Assembly: GCA_963787835.1 (NCBI GenBank)
Contig: CAWBEI010000004.1
Span: forward strand, 128,001 to 192,000
Direction of reading: 5' to 3'
Length of the DNA: 64,000 nt
DNA from: Ignavibacteriota bacterium
GTDB lineage: Bacteria > Bacteroidota > Ignavibacteria > Palsa-1295
The position numbers were made by a program, and so were the translations under genes. The notes under the pieces are model-generated. The model had not been told where the DNA came from. It made no database searches and worked only from the letters and a program-made list of their open reading frames with translations. Shown one piece after another: positions 59,104 to 64,000 of this stretch (positions are counted from its first letter, which is position 1; every line of letters begins with the position of its first letter).

Positions 59104-62100
59104 ATGAGAAAATCCTTACTCGCTGCATTTTTATTTATCGCGATCTTTTCCATTTCAAAGCGATCTGAAGCTCAATCATTAATTCATTATTGGAATTTCA
59201 ACGTACAACCTGCTGTCGCTGATACCTTCCCCAATATTCCGTTGCTTAAAGCGAGTTATTCGGTGATCGACACGAACAAGGCCTATATTAAGTATCAACC
59301 CATCGCGGGAACATCCGTAGCTTCCGACGATAGCGCATGGATCGATAATGTAGCTGGTACTACTTTGAATGCTCAGCAAGGTGCGGCGGCTGGAAATTCT
59401 CTTCGAGTTCGAAATCCATCGGATGCTATGGAACTTCGAATATACATGCCGACCACGAACTACCAGAACATTTCCGTAAGCTATGCTCTGGAAACATCGA
59501 GTACGGGAAGCGGTCAGGGAACCGAAGCGTTCGATTATAGCGTCGATAGCGGCGTGACCTGGAAAACCAGTGCTCTCACCGTCAACGGAGTGACTGCCGA
59601 TACGCTTAATGTCGCACAAACGCTTTATACGAATTTTGCACTTGTCACCATCGGGTTTGGCTCGGATACGACCGTAAATAACACGACCAAGCTTGTGCTG
59701 CGAATTAAATTCACAAAACAAAATACTGGCACGAGTGGAAACAACCGATTCGACAATCTTGCTGTAACGGGGAACATCCTCTCTACGTCGATCTCCATCC
59801 TTACTCAACTTACGGGTGATACCCTTTTAACGGGACAGTTAATACATATTTCTTATGCAACAACCGGTACGGTATCCAATTTCCGTGCTGTCGATCTTAC
59901 CGATGATTCCGGCAAGATATGGAATGAACTCGGCATATCTACTCAGGACACTTTCTCTTTTGTTATACCGAAGGATTCGTCCTGGAATTGCTTTCTCGAA
60001 GTACTGGATGAGAATGGCATTGTCGGTAAAAGTGGCCGGTTCGGCATTTTCGTAACCAAGCCGCTGCCACCACCGCCCCCGCCGCCGGACACCAGTCATA
60101 AATCGGGAGCTTCCACGCTCATTCACTATTGGAACTTTAACAACTTATCTGCGACCTATAAAGAACCGAACGTACCTAAGATCGATGCCGACTATTCGGT
60201 GCTCGATACCAGCAAAGCCTATCTCCAATATTACCTGCTTCCAGGAACGTCGAGCACGTATGGCGTAGCCAACGGCTCCGATAACCTCGATAACGTTGCC
60301 AGTGCCGATACCAGTAATCTCCGCCTCGGTACAGTGTCAGGGCAGGCGCTTCGCGTTCGAAATCCTGTGGATTCAGTCGAACTTCGTTGGCATATTCCCT
60401 CGACCGGCTATGCGAACCTCGTGGTCAAGTTCGCTGTAGAATCTTCGAGCACGACAAGTGGCGATTCCACACAGGTATATTCGTATAGTGTCGATGGCGG
60501 AACAACATGGAAATCAACCGGTATGACCGTGAACGGTGCGAATGTCGATACGATGGACGTTACTGATAACCCACTGATGCAAGGCACCAACTGGGGTTTG
60601 GTGACCGTCACGTTCGGCTCGGATGCGTCGGTAAATAACAATCCGAACCTCATCTTTAGAATTGTCTGCCGCGGTAATACCCACCTCCTCAGCGGCAATA
60701 ACCGCTATGATGACTTTACCCTCGACGGTACGCCTGTCGGCGCGCAGACGCTTATTCACTATTGGAACTTCAGTGCACTTTCCACAAAAGACACCGTGCC
60801 TAATGTGCCTCGTCTAAAAGCGTTTTATTCCGTGATTGACACGAATGCAGCGACGATCATTGATACGCTCCAGCCTGGAACTTCAAAATACTATGTGGGC
60901 TGGTTTGATAACGTTGCAGGGGATACCACGAATCATCAGCTCGGCGACCTTACAACAAACGCGCTCCGAGCTCGTAATCCTACGGACAGCATGGAAATCC
61001 TTATGAGAATGCCATCCACGGGGTATAAGAATCTCGTTGTTCAGTATGGTTTGGAGTCTTCCAGCTTAACCAGTGGCCAGCTTGTAGAGGTTTTCGATTA
61101 TAGCACGGACGGTGGTAACACATGGAAAAACAGTTCACTTTCGGTGCAGGGTTTGAATGTTGATACGCTCGATGTAACAAATCCAATCTTCCAGGGCACA
61201 AGCTGGGGGTTGGTAACGGTAACGTTTGGCAACGACTCGACTGTTAACAATAACCCTAACCTTGTGCTTCGTGTTAAATTCCGTGGGAATAACACGGGCA
61301 CCAGTGGCAACAACCGTTTCGAGCATGTGACCTTAGAAGGCGTGGCGAGTTCGTCAGCGCCGCCGCCACCACCTCCGCCGGTACCTGATTCCATCGTTGT
61401 GACAGCTCCGCCTGTGGGTGATACGCTACTCGCTGGAACGCAGACAACCATTTCCTACACCGTCACATCGACCACAAGCTACACCCGTGCAATCGACTAT
61501 TCCACGAATGGTGGTACAACTTGGACAAGCGTTGCGACTGGAGTGACGTCACTTTCCTATATTTGGACGGTGCCATCAACTCCCGCATCGAACGTGTTAG
61601 TCCGCGTAAAGGACACAACCGGAGTGATAGGAATGAGCGGGAAATTCGTAATTGTCGTTCCAGGCACGGTTGATAGTGTCTGGATTTCCTCATCCCCAGT
61701 GGTTGCAGGTCTTCCCACGAACGTGGAGTGGAGAGCGACGGGGTATCTTGGCAACACGTTCTCGCTCAATGTCTATTATGATGGTGTGACGCCGAATCTG
61801 CTGGAGAACGGTTCCGCAGCAGCGAGCGGAAACTATATTTGGTCTGTTCCTGATGCACAAATTGATTCTGTATTCATTCGGATTACCTTTGCATCTGGTG
61901 CAACAGGAAGATCCGCGCCGTTCAATATTGTTGTTCCCGCAGATGTATCCCAGGGTTCGAACGCAGGAACTGAAGTGCAGGTCTGGCCCAATCCATTTCG
62001 AACGCAGGCCACGCTTCAGTATGATCTAGTATCTTCTGAAAATGTGTCACTTTCGATTCACGATCTCGTGGGCCGGGATGTGGAATCCATTCCGGAAGGT

Positions 62101-62223
62101 ATGCAGGAAGCTGGGACGCATGAGATCACGATCGATGGCTCACAATTGCCAGATGGAGTTTATCTCTATGAGCTGACCGCTGGCAGTAATCGTTATCACG
62201 GTCAACTTGTGATCGTTCGATAA
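59104..62223 (+). CDS. T9SS-secreted protein with 3 copies of the same ~200-aa domain
   Basis: Signal peptide, three LIHYWNF...GNNR(F/Y) repeats, polyproline linkers and a WPNPF...GVYLY CTD. Confidence 0.88.
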   Translation: MRKSLLAAFLFIAIFSISKRSEAQSLIHYWNFNVQPAVADTFPNIPLLKASYSVIDTNKAYIKYQPIAGTSVASDDSAWIDNVAGTTLNAQQGAAAGNSLRVRNPSDAMELRIYMPTTNYQNISVSYALETSSTGSGQGTEAFDYSVDSGVTWKTSALTVNGVTADTLNVAQTLYTNFALVTIGFGSDTTVNNTTKLVLRIKFTKQNTGTSGNNRFDNLAVTGNILSTSISILTQLTGDTLLTGQLIHISYATTGTVSNFRAVDLTDDSGKIWNELGISTQDTFSFVIPKDSSWNCFLEVLDENGIVGKSGRFGIFVTKPLPPPPPPPDTSHKSGASTLIHYWNFNNLSATYKEPNVPKIDADYSVLDTSKAYLQYYLLPGTSSTYGVANGSDNLDNVASADTSNLRLGTVSGQALRVRNPVDSVELRWHIPSTGYANLVVKFAVESSSTTSGDSTQVYSYSVDGGTTWKSTGMTVNGANVDTMDVTDNPLMQGTNWGLVTVTFGSDASVNNNPNLIFRIVCRGNTHLLSGNNRYDDFTLDGTPVGAQTLIHYWNFSALSTKDTVPNVPRLKAFYSVIDTNAATIIDTLQPGTSKYYVGWFDNVAGDTTNHQLGDLTTNALRARNPTDSMEILMRMPSTGYKNLVVQYGLESSSLTSGQLVEVFDYSTDGGNTWKNSSLSVQGLNVDTLDVTNPIFQGTSWGLVTVTFGNDSTVNNNPNLVLRVKFRGNNTGTSGNNRFEHVTLEGVASSSAPPPPPPPVPDSIVVTAPPVGDTLLAGTQTTISYTVTSTTSYTRAIDYSTNGGTTWTSVATGVTSLSYIWTVPSTPASNVLVRVKDTTGVIGMSGKFVIVVPGTVDSVWISSSPVVAGLPTNVEWRATGYLGNTFSLNVYYDGVTPNLLENGSAAASGNYIWSVPDAQIDSVFIRITFASGATGRSAPFNIVVPADVSQGSNAGTEVQVWPNPFRTQATLQYDLVSSENVSLSIHDLVGRDVESIPEGMQEAGTHEITIDGSQLPDGVYLYELTAGSNRYHGQLVIVR

Positions 62224-62241
62224 GACTTATTCAAACGAATC

Positions 62242-62279
62242 AAAAGGCCCATCCGATCGGATGGGCCTTTTCTATTTTT
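62242..62279. terminator. Bidirectional terminator between convergent genes
   Basis: AAAAGGCCCATCCGATCGGATGGGCCTTTT. Confidence 0.85.
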
Positions 62280-62370
62280 ATAGAGACCATTTCCTCAGTT
62301 CAGGAATAAAGTGGAAGAACTTCTCGATTCTTATGATTCCTAACGTCTTGCCCAGCCACTTCAAATTTGC

Positions 62371-63474
62371 TTAGTTACCCCAGGTAATATCTGCAGTGTC
62401 AACAACGGTCGTCGGATATGTAGCGACAGGCGAAGGACTGTTATAGAGTGGGCCAAATGCACGTGCATACGTTTTCATTTTTACTTTTCCGCTCTTCATA
62501 ACTGAGACAACGGTGAAACCATAATTTTGGTCAGCTGGAAGGTTACTATCCAGAGTGCTGCCTCCGTTTCCCGGAATGATCATCCAGGGTGTACCAGTTC
62601 CCTTGGGTTGCAGTCGCCGATAGACGTGATTATGCGCGGTGATCATTGCCTCGACATGGTTTGTCGTCATCGCGCTCCAGAGGGCCGTTTGACAGGCCGA
62701 CGTGAGGCTGCTGGAGCCATCATTCTCCCAATTATACGCGGGTTTGTGTCCTAAAGCAAAAATGTGCTTTATTCCTGCGGCTCGTGCAGCAGCGAAGTCT
62801 TGAGCGATCCAATGTACCGGGACAGTCGAACCCTGTCCCGCTGGATCGGTATTTATCGTTACGAAATGTGTGTCATCAAAATTGAATGAGTATGTGAGCC
62901 GGCTTTGATCGGTGGCGAGGTTATCAGCTCCACCAACTCCGGGCCCGTTATTTCCGACAATGTATGGGGCCATTACTTCGAGCCATTTCTGCTCACATAG
63001 GGCGCTTGAGGTGCCATCGTTAAACTCATGATTGCCAGAAACGGCAACTAACTTTATTCCCGATGAAGCGATCGGAGACGATTCATAATACTGACGCCAC
63101 GCCCGCAATTGGGATCCAAGTTTTGAAGTATCCGTCGTTTTACCCAGCACAAGATCGCCGACGACAAAAAGGTACGTAGGTTTAGGGCTGAGGTTCATGA
63201 TGTCAGCGAACGATCTTGCAAGCTGCGGAATGTTGGCGGTGCTTGGAACAGAAGCAGTGTCCCCAGCGGCCAAACGGTTACACCCAAAGACTGCGAAGGA
63301 AAACTCGACCGTATCAACGGTCGGCTGCGGATTTCCTTTGCCTGTTGTATCGGTCGGATTCGGAACAGAATTGGATGTGCTCGAATGGCAGCCACTCTCA
63401 GCCCAAATGAAGAGGGCCGCGAGAAGGCTAACGGTTAGTATTATTCGTGAGTTGTTCGATCGAAGGAACTTCAT
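62371..63474 (-). CDS. Calcineurin-like metallophosphoesterase, probable lipoprotein
   Basis: GDL, GNHE, GHKP and AHNH motifs. Hydrophobic leader ending ESGC. Confidence 0.85.
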   Translation of the reverse strand: MKFLRSNNSRIILTVSLLAALFIWAESGCHSSTSNSVPNPTDTTGKGNPQPTVDTVEFSFAVFGCNRLAAGDTASVPSTANIPQLARSFADIMNLSPKPTYLFVVGDLVLGKTTDTSKLGSQLRAWRQYYESSPIASSGIKLVAVSGNHEFNDGTSSALCEQKWLEVMAPYIVGNNGPGVGGADNLATDQSRLTYSFNFDDTHFVTINTDPAGQGSTVPVHWIAQDFAAARAAGIKHIFALGHKPAYNWENDGSSSLTSACQTALWSAMTTNHVEAMITAHNHVYRRLQPKGTGTPWMIIPGNGGSTLDSNLPADQNYGFTVVSVMKSGKVKMKTYARAFGPLYNSPSPVATYPTTVVDTADITWGN

Positions 63475-63480
63475 TCGTTA

Positions 63481-64000
63481 TTAATCTTTCCAGGAAATAT
63501 CTACAGAATCGCGAACAGTGGTGGGGTATTTATCGGCAGGTGCGGCGGCGGAGTAACCTTCCGCAGGCACATCGCGGCCATAACTTTTCAGAATGACCTT
63601 ACCACTTTTCAGAACACTTACAACAATGAAACCAAAATATTGTTTATTAGGCGGCAAGGTTTTTTCGAGCGGTGTTCCGCCATTACCGGAAGTGATCATC
63701 CAGGTCTTCGTGTGATGTGGCTGGAAGCGGTCATAGACGTGGATGTGAGATCCGATCATTGCTTCCGCATGATTTGTTTCCAGCGCATCCCAAAGCTCGC
63801 TTCTGTTGCCAGCAGCCATAGCCATGGTTCCCTGATAACCAAACGCAGGCTTGTGTCCGATCGCGAACAAATGTTTTGCGCCATTTTTACGCGCAGTTGC
63901 AAGGTCATCGGCGATCCAGTGGACTGGCACATGAGCATCCTGACCGACGGGGTCGGTGTTCATGAGTATAAAATGTGTATCGTTCAGATCAAAGGAGTAG
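63481..64000 (-). CDS. Metallophosphoesterase paralog, 5' end outside the window
   Basis: YSFDLNDTHFILMNTDP, GHKP, GSHIH and GNGG, collinear with the downstream paralog. Confidence 0.85.
   Translation of the reverse strand, partial: YSFDLNDTHFILMNTDPVGQDAHVPVHWIADDLATARKNGAKHLFAIGHKPAFGYQGTMAMAAGNRSELWDALETNHAEAMIGSHIHVYDRFQPHHTKTWMITSGNGGTPLEKTLPPNKQYFGFIVVSVLKSGKVILKSYGRDVPAEGYSAAAPADKYPTTVRDSVDISWKD

Noticed and set aside
57660-61385. CCN-rich tracts in the T9SS genes as DNA repeats
   Set aside because: They encode polyproline linkers with mixed codons.

Overview
Bacterial chromosomal DNA of about 50% GC, from the FCB superphylum. It carries T9SS C-terminal sorting domains and a fused ccoNO. 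A Kapabacteria- or Ignavibacteria-like host is my inference, not something the sequence proves. Layout: (1) housekeeping genes nadK (partial, missed by the ORF track), folD, ymdB and a LolC/E permease; (2) a small restriction-modification insert; (3) tpl, an ADP-forming acyl-CoA ligase and two T9SS beta-propeller proteins; (4) a low-oxygen island of about 39 kb (17.4-56.3 kb) with SDR, ppsA, an aeRF1-like (Balon-type) factor, Hsp20, USP, BON, MacAB-like ABC genes, YceI-YceI-porin, tnaA, a cupredoxin/Cyc2-like/cytochrome c operon, a full cbb3 oxidase operon, a sigma54 two-component system, hemN and ric; (5) two T9SS repeat-domain proteins and two metallophosphoesterases. Best leads: (a) a Cyc2-like cytochrome-porin encoded with a cupredoxin and c-type cytochromes directly upstream of cbb3 oxidase, a candidate extracellular electron uptake or Fe(II)-oxidation chain; (b) an 18-bp palindromic element (GCATCGYCGACGATGCTT) found in at least 8 copies, inside genes and nested in itself; (c) a recurring GTAAG-N5-CTTAC operator next to -24/-12 promoters, suggesting a sigma54 hypoxia regulon. 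All family calls come from motifs recognised by eye; no searches were run.
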